DNA from: Octopus sinensis
Lineage: Eukaryota
Assembly: GCF_006345805.1 (NCBI RefSeq)
Contig: NC_042997.1
Location: forward strand, 191,394,001 to 191,458,000
Length of the DNA: 64,000 nucleotides
Direction of reading: 5' to 3'
Below the pieces are notes generated by a model that had not been told where the DNA came from, did no database searches, and saw only the letters and a program-made list of their open reading frames with translations. The number at the start of each line of letters is the position of its first letter. Position 1 is the stretch's first letter. Below, in pieces: positions 25,552 to 39,200 of the stretch. A program made the translations under genes and the position numbers.

Positions 25552-28221
25552 GACAGGCTTCTTTCAGTTTCTGTCTTCCAAATCCACTCACAAGGCTTTA
25601 GTCGGCCCAAGGCTATAGTAGAAGACACTTGCCCAAGGTGCCACGCAGTGGGAATGAACCCAGAACCATGTGGTTGGTAAGCAAGCTACTTACCACACAG
25701 CCACTCCTACATAGTTGTACTTACTTGTATTTGCAATAGCATTCATCTGGTTGGGTGGGAGTGGGGGGTTGAGCCAGCTCTGATTAAGGAGTTCACCACA
25801 TCCCTCATAAATGCTGACCACATTCTGTTTAACCTTTGACATTTCAACATTAACCTGTCTTTTCTTAGTTTCTGTTCAATATTGTTTCAGTATTAATATT
25901 TCTGCATCAAACCTTTTAATCAGATCATTTCCTCATAAATGTTTATTTCTTCTATTTTTAGGAATATCAGAATCCTTCTAGAACCTCAGTAAAGCATCAA
26001 AGACCTTTGATGAGACGTTCAGGTAAAGCCCTATCATGTGGCTTTGTTTTTATAGTTGGTTTGCAGGATTCATCATCAACATCATCATCATTGTTTAACA
26101 TCCGTTTTCCATGCTAGCATGGGTTGGATGCTTCAACCATAGTCTAGGAAGCCAGGAGGCTGTGCCAGGCTCCAGTCTGATCTGGCAGTGTTTCTACAGC
26201 TGGATGCCCTTCCTAACGCCAACCACTCCGTGAGTGTAGTGAGTGCTTTTTACGCACCACCGGCACAGGGGCCAGAGGAGGCTGACAACGGCCATAATCT
26301 GTTGGTGCTTTTTACGTGCCACCGGCACAGACGCCAGTCAAGGTGGCGCTGGCATCGACCACGTTCGGATGGTGCTTTTTACGTGCTACTGGCACAGGTA
26401 TCACAACTACAATTTCCGTGAATTCATGTAGAATCAAATTTTGTTGTCTTGGGAGAGTAGAAAGAAGGCACGTCACTAAGTCACTGAAAAGATCGCAAAC
26501 AGCGATAAAAGAACTTTGACTAACAAACAAACAATCGATTATTTAACCAGCGTATTAAACAAACAATTGCTTAGTTGGTTAGATATTTAATCAAGTGACT
26601 GATAATTAAGAAGTGGAATTGAACCTGTACGTGTGTTATTATTATTGAGAAAACCCGGCAAGTCAAGTGTGACCATAACCTCATGGCCTATGCCAGGAGT
26701 GTAACCAGTCCACTTATGCATACCTTCCCTTCATTGGACACTAAACTCTACTTGCAAAGACCTGTTGAGGCAAGTGAAATCGAAATTGAAATCAAATTCG
26801 ATGACTGGCATCCATGCTAGTAGAACACTAAGAGCACCATCCGAGCATGATTGTTGCCAGAGCAGCTAACTGGCTTCCATGCTAGGGGCATGTAAAAAGC
26901 ACCATTCAAGCATGATCGTTATCCACGTCACCTTACTGGCACTTGTGCTGGTGGCACGTGAAAAAACATTTGAGCGAGGTTATTGCCAGTGCCGCTGGAC
27001 TGGATCCTGTGCAGGTGGCACGTAAAAAACACCATATGAGCGTGGCCGTTGCCAGTACCGCCTAACTGGCCCTCATGCCGGTGGCACATAAAAGCACCCA
27101 CTACACTCTCGGAGTGGTTGATGTTAGGAAGGGCATCCAGCTGTAGAAACTCTGCCAGTTCAGATTGAAACCTGGTGCAGCTGTCTGGTTCACCAGTCCT
27201 CAATCAAATCGTCCAACCCATGCTAGCATGGAAAGCAGACGTTAAACGATGATGATAATGATGATGATGTCGGCAAACTAGCAGAATCATTGCCATGCTG
27301 GACAAAATGCTTCACAGCATTTTGACTGTCTTTACATTTATAGTTCAAATTCCGCCATGCTCAACTTTACCCTTCATCCTATAATGCTGCTACACCAGTC
27401 ATTATGTATAACCCCTTTCCTGGACAACCCGATTAACTATACCGGTGATTTAACCATTTCCTACACTATCTGATATTTTAAGCATCTTGGCAGAAATTCC
27501 CAATGGACCTGGGGCTTTCCCTGTCCTCACATACTTTTGATTGCTTGATCTTTCCTACTGCTGTTAACTAAGATAGCTAATCCCTCTTATTTCTTTATTG
27601 CCCACAAGGGGCTAAACATAGAGGGGACAAACAAGGACAGACAAAGGGATCAAGTCGATTATATCGACCCCAGTGCATAACTGGTACTTAATTTATCGAC
27701 CCCGAAAGGATGAAAGGCAAAGTCGACCTCGGTGGAATTTGAAATCAGAACGTAGCGGCTGACGAAATACAGCTAAGCATTTCACCCGGCGTGCTAACGT
27801 TTCTGCCAGCTCACCTTTGGATAGCTAATCCCTCTGTTGGGTCCACATTAAGAAGGTTCTTTCTCCCATGCATTTTTCACTTTTAATAGCTTTTCATAAT
27901 AGGATTTCCATGCCTCTTTCTTTTCGGAATCATTAAGTACAAGCGTATTGTCATCTCTTTCCCTCTTTTATACATGTGTGTGTGTGCACAGTACCTTGGG
28001 CAAATGTCTACTATAGCCCTGGCCAGCCAGACAAACATGTCCAATTTCAAACATTTGGATGCTGTTCTTTAATGCAGTAAAGTGTTCCCTCGATGATCTG
28101 TTATGGTTAACAATCCATTTGCACTTAGAAAATCCAGTGCAGAGATTTCAAAAACCATGATGCTGAAATGATAAAACCTCATTGTCATAATTTCTCACAT
28201 ATAAATAAATTAATAAATAAA

Positions 28222-28268
<47 letters not shown>

Positions 28269-28380
28269 CACACACACACACACTTCTATAAATATATTTA
28301 TTTTGAAATGTAAACACTCTAACAAAACAAAAGAAGGCTTGGCCACTTATTTCTCTCTATGCAGGACACATGGCTGTAAT

Positions 28381-28429
<49 letters not shown>

Positions 28430-30199
28430 CTCCCTCAAGAGCAGTAGTGAAGAGCAGAAGGAGGAAGTGACATAAATCTACTGTGATGTGTAACTTGTCT
28501 TGTTTTCTAATCAACCTCATCTGGATCAGGCTCTTGGACAGATCTCTAAACCAATATTTTTGTAATATGGTTTTTCACTATAAATAAACATCTTTTCGAT
28601 ATTTTTTTCTTTCACTTTTTTAAAACTTTCTTTTGTTTTTGTCTAGTCCCTTCCCATCAATGCCATAAGAGGAAGCCAGTCGCCAGCACTTCACGAAAGA
28701 CAGGTTTGTTGTTATAATTTTATTGTCTCACTCATTGACTGGTTACTTGTTATTGTTGACCCTAGTCTTTCTGACGACAGAGAGATGCTATGAGATTGAA
28801 AAGGGGCCCCAGTAAATTGATATCATCGCCGTTCTCATGCTTGCGTGGGTTGGATCAGTCAGAATTTGAGGTAGACTTTCTACAGCCAGATTCCCTTCCT
28901 GTTGCCAATCCTCACTTGTTTCCAAGCAAATTAATATTTTCCCCCATGGCCAGATGTGTTTTACATACTCTTTTACCCTTTTACTTGTTTCAGTCATGTG
29001 ACTGTGGCCATGCTGGAGCACCGCCTTTAGTCGAGCAAATCGTCCCCAGGACTTATTCGCTGTAAGCCTAGTACTTATTCTATCGGACTCTTTTGCCAAA
29101 CTGCTAAGTTACGGGGATGTAAACACACCAATATCGGTTTTCAAGCGATGTTGGGGGGACAAACACAGACACACACAGACATACACACATATATACATAT
29201 ATACACGATGGGCTTCTTTCAGTTTCCGTCTACCAAATCCACTCACAAGGCTTCGGTCGGCCCGAGGCTATAGTAGAAGACACTTGCCCAAGGTGCCGCA
29301 CAGTGGGACTGAACCCAGAACCATGTGGTTGGTAAGCAAGCTACTTACCACACAGCCACTCCTGCGTCTATGAAAATTTGAAACGAACAGTATCGCTTGT
29401 ATGACAACGTCACTCACTTTATATGATATCAAGAAAAGATGACCACCACACACACACACACACACACACACGATGGGCTTCCACACAGTTTCCATCTACT
29501 AAATTCACTCATGAGACATTGGTTGGCCAGGGCTATAGTAGACATTTGCCCAAGGTACTGTGCAGTGGAACTGAAACTGAAGCCACATGGTCGGGAACTA
29601 TGTTTCTTAACCACACAGCCATTTTTAATAAAATTTGCTTGGAGGTTTTATGCTGTATATGTATATCATCATCATCATCGTTTAATGTCCGTTTTCCATG
29701 CTAGCATGGATTGGATGGTTCAACCGAGGTCTAGGAAGACAGGAGGCTGCACCAGGCTCCAGTCTGATCTGGCAGAGTTTCTACTGCTGGATGCCTTTCC
29801 TAATGCCAACCGCTCTGTGAGTGTAGTGGGTGCTTTTTATGTGCCACTGGCACAGGGGCCAGAGGTGGCTGGCAACGACCATGATCGGTTGGTGCTTTTT
29901 ACGTACCACCAGCACGGATGCCTGTCAAGGTGGCACTGGCATCGGCCACGTTCGGATGGTACTTTTTTTCTTGCCACCAGTACGGGTATCACAACTACAA
30001 TTTCCATTTGATTTTGATGATGTACTTGACACAATAGGTCTCCTCAAGCACAGTAGGTCGTCCTACGATCCAAGGTAAGTATAACAGGCCATCCTGCGAG
30101 CCATGAGCTCACTTCATTTGTTGTATATATACATATATATATATATATCATCATCATCATTGTTTAACATCTGTTAAATGCTACTGCTGATGATGATGA

Positions 30200-30294
<95 letters not shown>

Positions 30295-33200
30295 GAGCTG
30301 AACCCATGAAAAATTCACGGAAAATATAAAAAGATGTAAGCATCTGTAAATTGTGTGCTGGTGCTATGAGAAATGTTCCTATATTGTGACAGTTAAAGGC
30401 AGTGAGCTGGCAGAATCGTTAGCACCATTGTTGGGCTGCAATCCAATGACTTGAACTTAGACTTAGGCCTGCCATACACTCTGAGACTCAGCAAGCAGGA
30501 ACTGGTTTCTATGGCAAATAACATTTCTTCCTGAATAGGACACTGCACTGTCATAGCATTGACTTCTCTGCTATACTGGAACCCTTTTTTGTTGAGGAAG
30601 ATTTTCTGACTGGATGCCCTTCCTGTCACCAACTCTCTCCCATTTCCAAGCAAGCTAATATTTTCCCATAGCTAGACTTTTGTGAATAGCCTTGCTTTGT
30701 TGTTGTTGTTGTCATTGCTGTTGTTGTTGCTGTTGCTATTGTTGCTGATGTTGTTGTTGTTGATGATGATGATTTACAACCATTACATGATGTCTAAAAC
30801 AAGGATACACACACATACTCTTTCTCTCTCTCACTTTCACTCCCCTCCCTCTCTGTCACTCTTTCTCTCTCTCTCTCTTTCTCTCTCACTCTTTCTATCT
30901 CTCTGTCACTCTTTCTCTCTCTTTCTTTCTCTCTCTCTCTCATACACACAGACACACATACATACATGATGGGCTTCTTTCAGTTTCCACTCACAAGTCT
31001 TTAACCAACCTGGAGCTACAATAAAAGACACTGCTTCAAGGTACCAGGCAGTGGCACCAAACTCAAAGTCCATATGGTTGGGAAGCAAGCATCTTAATCA
31101 CTCAGTCACACCTGTGCCTACATCTTGGATTATTTCTTTACATTTCAGAAATTAGTGGAGAAGATCTGCTTCCCACATTGCTTGATGACCTCCCACTTCT
31201 GCATCTGTCTACAGAGACATGGCACGAACTCTGGCGAAAAAACATTGTTCAGTTGGAACATCTGACTAAGTCTTACTATGAGAAACATCGCAAAAGAGAC
31301 AGTACAAGACAGCAGGTATGTATTCCAAATATCAGAGAAATGGAGTGCTATCATATTATATACACACATATATATATACAGTGTTGGCCAAAAGTCACCT
31401 GACAGTAAATCAAAACCACTAACTGATGCAGTTTCTCTTCAGCCAGATTCTCTTTCCGTTATGAACCCTTATCTATTTCCAAGCAAAAGTAATATTTCCC
31501 TGTTGTCAGACGTATTTTCACAGAATATTGAGAATGAATGACATTCATCTTTAAAACTATCATGCAATTTCAAGACAAGGAGACACAAATACATGCATAC
31601 AAACACATACATATGCGCACGTGACTGGCTTCTTTCAGTTTCTGCCTACCAAATCCACTCTTAGCACTTTGGTTGGCCCAGGCCTATAATAGTACCACAC
31701 AGTGTGGCTGAACCTGAAATCATGTGGTTGACAAGTAAACATAACCATGCCGTCACCTAACATCATCATCATCATCGTTTAATGTCCACTTTCCATGCTA
31801 GCATGGGTTGGACAAATGACTGAGGGCTGGCAAACCAGATGGCTGTACCAGGCTCCAATCTGATCTGGCAGAGTTTCTACAGCTGGATGCCCTTCCTAAC
31901 GCCAACCACTCCGAGAGTGTAGTGGGTGCTTTTACGTGCCACCAGCACGGGGTCAGTCAGGCGGCACTGGCAACGACCTCGCTCGAATCTTTTACACATG
32001 CCACCGGCGTGGGTGCCAGTAAGGCGATGCTGGTAACGATCACGCTCGAATGGAGTTTTTTACGTGCCACCAGCACGGAGGCCAGATAGCCACTCTGGCA
32101 ACGATCACGCTCAGATGGTGCTCTTAATACCCTACTAGCATGAGGCTCAAGTGGAACGCTGGTAACGATCATGCTCAAATGATGCCTTTTAAGTGCCACT
32201 GGCATGGAGACCAGTTAGCTGCTCTGTCAAACGATCACACTCGTATGGTGCTCTTTGCACCCTGCTAGCACAGACGCCAGTCATCGAACTTGATTTTGAT
32301 TACACAAACATATAAAGATTAATAATAGTTTTAATGTTCCAGATGTGCAGATTAATTCTCATGTTTGATTATTTCATTCCTGTTTTTTTTTTTGTCTTTC
32401 AGGTTAAAGAAGCTGAAAAACGACGAGAAATTCTTCATGATATTATGAAGAAAGAGCTTTCTCATATGCAAAGATTGGTAAGAGGACTCACTGCTACTGC
32501 TCCAATAGTCCAGTTTGGTATAAGTCCTCCTCATCATCATTATCATCATCATTATAACTAAAGCAATGGAGGGCATAATCTGTGCATTATAGCAGTCCTT
32601 CCTACAAATTTATAGCCTTCAGTCAATGTTAGAAGTGGATTAAGTTGATTATATCTACCCCAGTGTGTAACTGGTACTTATTTAATCGACCTCGAAAGGA
32701 TGAAAGACAAAATTTGAACTTAGAATGTAAAGCAAGAAGAAATGCTACTAAATATTTAGTCCAGGGTGGTAACAATTCTAAGTCAATACCACCGAACCCC
32801 AGCACTTGTCATCATCTTCAACATCCAGTGTTTTAAATCCAGGTTTTATCCCCGTTAACGGGAGTGCCAGATCTACTTCAAAAGTAAAAGTACATGTAAA
32901 AGTACCCACTACACTCTTGGAGTAGTTGGCGTTAGGAAGGGCATCCAGCTGTAGAAACTCTGCCAGATCAGATTGGAGCCTTGTGCAGCCATCTGGTTCG
33001 CCAGACCTCAGTCAAATCGTCCAACCCATACTATCATGGAAAGCGGATGTTAAATGATGATGAAGGTGGCAAGCTGGCAGAATCGTTGGCATGCTGGATG
33101 AAATGCTTAGTGGTATTTCACCCATCGCTATGTTCTGAGTTCAAATTCCGCCAAGGTCGACTTGCCTTTCATCTTTTCGGGGTCGATAAATTAAGTACCT

Positions 33201-36200
33201 GTGAAAACACCGGGGTTGATATAGTCAACTCATCCTCACCTCCCCATAAATTTGAGGCCTTGTGCCCCAAGTAGAAAGGATTATTTAAAGGTAGTGAGCT
33301 GGCAGAACCATGCTTAGCTGCATTTCCTCCAGTTTTTTATGTTCTAAGTTCAAATTCTGCCTTGGTTGACATTACCTTTTATTCTTCCGGGATCGATCAA
33401 ATAAGTACTTGTTGAGCCCTGGGGTTCATCTAATTGACTAATCCCCTCCTGGTAAATTTCAGGCTTTGTGCCTGGAGTAGAAAAGATTTATTATTATTCT
33501 TTTTTTATCTCAGGTTTTGTTGGAACTCCTTGGAGTCTTGCAGTGGGCTTGCTGCCTGCAGCCTACAGTACCATGCTATCTGTTCTTTTCGGCTGTTTTA
33601 TACTTTCTTGATTATTCTGGCCATGCCAAGGAGGCATATCCTTCATAACAGCCCTACTGGGCACTATTCTGATTTCCTTTAAATTCCTCTTGATGCCTTC
33701 TGATACTGTCCCCAAGGACCCAACAATCCATAGCCAGACTATTTCATACTTAAGAGAATTGTATATATCTATTTTTTTGCCATCCTTCTTGACTAGTCAA
33801 GGGTCATAGGGGTATACAACATCACTTATACAGCACATGTGGTTCACCATGTCCAACACTACCTTGTCTGGTTTGATATGCTTTAACACCTGATCTGTTT
33901 GAAATTGTTGTTGTTGATGTTGTCGTTATTATTATTACAGAAAGAAATTAAAGAAAGCAAGAAACGGCGCATCGAAGTAAGAAATCGGTTGCATGAAAAA
34001 CGGATCATATCAGCAAAGGCTCGAAGGTACTATGATGATTTTTCAGTAAGAATGCGTTCTCGAATGATGAACCGGAAGACCAAAGAAGAATTGGTGAGTC
34101 TATCAGAATGTAGTTTATATTGTTTTTGAAGCATTTTTTTTTGTCTATTGAAATGACTAGTGACCGAGACTTTTAGAAATATGCTGTGCTTGAGATGACC
34201 CAGCAAGCCAAATGAGCCCATAACCTTGAGGCCTATGCCAGGGACGTAACCAGCCCACTTATGTGTTCCTTTTCATTCTTTGAACACTAAACTCTGCTTG
34301 CGAAGACCTGTTGAAGCAAGTGAAATCAAAATCAAATTCGATGACTGGTATCCGTGCTAGAGGGGTGCAAAGAGCACCATATGAGTGTGATCGTTGACAG
34401 AGCGGCTAACTGGCTTCTGTGTCGGTGGCATGTAAAAGGCACCATTCGACCCTGATTGTTACCAGCGTCGCCTTAATGGCACCTGTGCCGGTGGCATGTG
34501 TAAAAAGATTCGAGCGAGGTCGTTACCAGTACTGCCTGACTGGCCCCCGTGCTGGTGGCACATAAAAAACACCCACTACACTCTCGGAGTGGTTGGCGTT
34601 AGGAAGGGCATCCAGCTGTAGAAACTCTGCCAGATCAAGATTGGAGCCTGGTGCAGCCATCTGGTTTGCCAGCCCTCAGTCAAATCGTCCAACCCATGCT
34701 AGCATGGAAAGCGGACATTAAATGATGAGGAGGAGGAGGAGGAATTAAGTTTAAACTAGGCTTGATTTCTTCAATTACTAGTACTTCTAAAAGAGACAAA
34801 CAATTTTGTCAAGAGTAGGAAACAAGTCAGATCAGATCGGATCATCTGGGGATGCTAGCTGTGATGGGTCAACAGCCTGTCTTTGGGTGGATTATTTCTT
34901 TTCTACTCCATGTAGTGCCATGAAACTGGATCTTAACACCAACCTTTAAAAGGGTTTTATGTTTGAGGTGATGTTCTTTCACAGTCTTTCTGGAAAGAGT
35001 TAACAGAGCTACCTTAGTCATTAGGTAATGCTTGTAATTAATTAAGTCACCGCTATCATTAGTACACTACCACCACGATCATTACACCTCTGATGCCATC
35101 GACTACCCTCCACATTCTCTACCATCACCACTCCACCACCACCACCACCACCATCGTCACTGCTACTACTACTACTATCATCACTGTACCATTAGCATTG
35201 CCTTTTCTGTTAAACGATGATGATGGTGATGATGATGATGACTACCTCCATCTTTTCTGTCACCATCACCATTACTACCATCACAACCAGTACTGCAACC
35301 ATCACCTTCACTCACCAATGCTGAATCAATACCACAACCATCACTGTCACCACCATCACCATTATCACTACCACTTCCACCACTACCACTGCTACCACCA
35401 CCACCACTACCAACATCACTACCATCATTAACACATTTCCACTAGCATCTCCACCTCCACCACTCTCGAGTTCCTTTCATTTGTCGATAAGTAAAGCAAA
35501 ATAAAACCCTCGTTCTTTTCTATGTTGCTTCCTCTCTTCTCAATGTTGCAGCTTTTCAAGAACATGTTCAAAGACTCTCTGCAAATGCAGAAAGCGCGAG
35601 TGCTGGAACTGCAGAAATATGTCGGTGAATTGAGGAAACAGAAAACTGAAGCATTGCAGAACGATATAAAATCTATGGAGAACTAATATCCTTTGAGCAG
35701 TTCACATTTCATTGTATTACAATAATTCTTGCTCTTTTTTTTTTTTTCAGTTTTTATGTTCTTTTTAAATGTTATTGTTGCTTTTTATTATTTCTGTCTG
35801 CAGAAATCATGCCCAAAACAGACAGCAGAGCTTGGTGTAGTCTTCTTACTTGTCTGTTCCTATCAAACCGTCCAACCCATATATGTAACAATGCTAAGAA
35901 AATTAACTGTTCTTTTCTTCGGTCCTGTGGACCAAAGCCTTAATCATTTGTATGACATTCTAGTATGACAGGAAGACTTAATCCTAGCACTTGTATGCTG
36001 TTAACTTTCACAACCTGATTAGTTTGAATATGAGCTAATAAAAGAGTTTCTTTGTGGTCCTTCAACTTGCTAATAATAGAGGCCAGATTTCTGTCACATC
36101 ATACCCTACTGTCTTGTGCCGGTGGCACGTAAAAACCACCATCCGATCGTGGCCGTTTGCCAGCCTCGTCTGGCACGTAAAAAGCACCCACTACACTCAT

Positions 36201-39200
36201 GGAGTGGTTGGCGTTAGGAAGGGCATCCAGCCGTAGAAACATTGCCAGATCAGACAGGGCCTGATGCAGCCTTCTGGCCTCCCAGACCCCAGTTGAACCG
36301 TCCAACCCATGCCAGCAATCCATTGCCCTGGATTGGCACATTTACAAATGAACTGGTAAATAATTTCAAAATCAAAACTTCAAAGGCTGCACATGAAAAC
36401 AAAATCAGTTCAGCTGAGAGAAAGCTATTGAAGTCCAAATGAATTAAGCTTTTGTTAATGAATTAAATGTTAGTTTTCTTAACCAATGTCACCTACTGCG
36501 ACCAGTTTGGGATGCTTGCAGAAGCAATGAAAAAACAATTAGCAGAGAAGCAAATGATGCACAACGAACATATTAAGGTGAGTCTTTTATCTTTATTGAT
36601 TGTGTTGGCTAAGGTGGATTAACAGAAGTAGATTGAAACAAATATCCTGTGGGCTGTGGCATTATTGTGTGGTACATGGCTTGTAGCATGGTTATATGGC
36701 AGAAACGTTAGCACACCAGGCGAAATGCGTAACCGTATCTCGTCTGCCGTTACGTTCTGAGTTCAAATTCCGCCGAGGTCAACTTTGCCTTTCATCCTTT
36801 CGGGGTTGATAAATAAAGTACCACTTTCGCACTGGGGTCGATGTAATCGACTTAATCACTTTGTCTGTCCTTGTTTGTCCCCTCTATGCTTAGCCGCTTG
36901 TGGGCAGTAAAGAAATATATATGGTATGTAGGTGGTAGTTGCAAAAATGAGTTGTACCTCTATATCAAAGAGACAGCCTTGTCACACTCTCTGTCATATT
37001 GAATCTCCCTGAGAACTACATTAAGGATACATATGTCTGTAAGCGCTCAGCCACTTGCTCGTTAATTTCACTAGCAGGCTGATCTGTTGATTGGATCAAC
37101 TGGAAGACTTGTCATTACTGTCAGGGTGCTAGTTTTTTTTTACTTCACATTACCACAATATAAGCAAAAATGATGACAGTGTTTTTATTTCTCATACCTA
37201 TTTCTTTACTACCCACAAGGGGCTAAACATAGAGAGGAAAAACTAGGACAGAAAAACGGATTAAGTCGATTATATCGACCCCAGTGTGTAACTGGTACTT
37301 AATTTATCGATCCCGAAAGGATGAAAGGCAAAGTCGACCTCAGCCGAATTTGAACTCAGAACATAATGGCAGACGAAATACCTATTTCTTTACTACCCAC
37401 AAGGGGCAAAAGACGGAGAGGACAAACAAGGACAGACAAACAGATTAAGTCGATTATATCGACCCCAGTGCGTAACTGGTACTTAATTTATCGATCCCGA
37501 AAGGATGAAAGGCAAAGTTGACCTCGGCAGAATTTGAACTCAGAACGTAATGGCAGACAAAATACCTATTTCTTTACTACCCACAAGGAGCTAAACAGAG
37601 AGAGGACAAACAAGGACAGACAAATGGATTAAGTCGATTATATCAACCCCAGTGCGTAACTGGTACTTAATTTATCGACTCCAAAAATATGAAAGGCAAA
37701 GTCGACCGTGGCAGAATTTGAACTCAGAACGTAATGGCAGACGAACGTAATTCTTACAACTATCCTGTGTTGTCAAGGTAAGGAAATCGTAACACATACC
37801 TATTTCTTTATTACCCACAAGGAGCTAAACACAGAGAGGACAAACAAGGACAGACAAACAATTTAAGTCGATTATATCGACCCCAGTGCGTAACTGGTAC
37901 TTAATTTATCGACCCCGAAAGGAAGAAAGGCAAAGTCGACCTCGGCGGAATTTGAACTCAGAACATAACGACAGATGAAATACAGCTACGCATTTCGCCC
38001 GGCGTGCTAACGTTTCTGCCAGCTTGCCGTCTCATACCTTGGTGGTTTTATCATGAGTGAGGGCCCCAATAGATTAAAAACACCTTAATTGAAAGCAGAC
38101 TCGTAAGGGTCAATGACAGGGAAGGCACTTGACTGTAGAACACTGCCTCAATATGTCTCATCCAATCCATGCCAGCATTAGAAAAAGTGACCCTGAAATG
38201 ATGACTAATATATTTGTCTAATCTTGTTTGTAGGATGACTTCCATTCTTCTATTCAAGTAGCTACACATTACATGAAAGGCAGATAGACTGCTTTGTCTA
38301 CTTCATCTACTTTACTGTAATGTATAAGCCTATGTTTTTTATCAACATTGTTTGTGAGTCCTGATAATGTACAAGATGAGGAGAACAGGATGGTGTTGTG
38401 GGAGCCATTACTGATTGGAAAACCACTAGTGGTTCTCAACTGGGGCCCATACGACCCTTTGTTGTGGTCTGTACTCTCTTTACTCTTTTACTTGTCTCAG
38501 TCATTTGACTGTGGCCATGCCGGAGCACCGCCTTTAGTTGTGCAAAACGACCCCAGGACTTATTCTTTGTAAGCCTAGTACTTATTCTATTGGTCTCTTT
38601 TGCCGAACCGCTAAGTTACGGGGACGTAAACACACCAGCATCAGTTGTCAAGTGATGTTGGGGGGACAAACACAGACACACATACATATACATGTTTGAA
38701 ATTCTACTTGTGAAGACCTGTTGAGGCAAGTGAAAATCGAAATCGATCAACATCAATGGAAATTGCAGCCGTGATACCAGTGCCGGTGGTACGTAAGAGA
38801 ACCATCCGAACGTGGCCGTTGCCAGTGCCGCCTCGACTGGCCTCGTGCAAAAAGCACCATCCGATCGTGGCTGTTGCCAGCCTTGCCTGGCCCCCGTGCC
38901 TGTGGCATGTAAAAAGCACCATCCGATCGTGGCCGTTGCCAGCCTTGCCTGGCCCCTGTGCCTGTGGCATGTAAAAAGCACCATCCGATCGTGGCCGTTT
39001 GCCAGACTCGTCTGGCACCTGTGCAGATGGCACGTAAAAAGCACCCACTACACTCACGGAGTGGTTGGTGTTAGGAAGGGCATCCAGTCATAGAAACATT
39101 GCCAGATCAGACTGGGCCTGGTGCAGCCTTCTGGCTTCCCAGACCCCAGTTGAACTGTCCAAAGCGGACGCTAAACAATGATGATGATGATGATGATATA

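Noticed and set aside
35093-35431. His/Thr-rich ORF
   Set aside because: Trinucleotide low-complexity intron sequence.
38780-39050. Regularly spaced repeats resembling a CRISPR array (also 42550-42770 and 61100-61500)
   Set aside because: The spacers are near-identical, there are no cas genes, and they are modules of the eukaryotic RTE 3' UTR.
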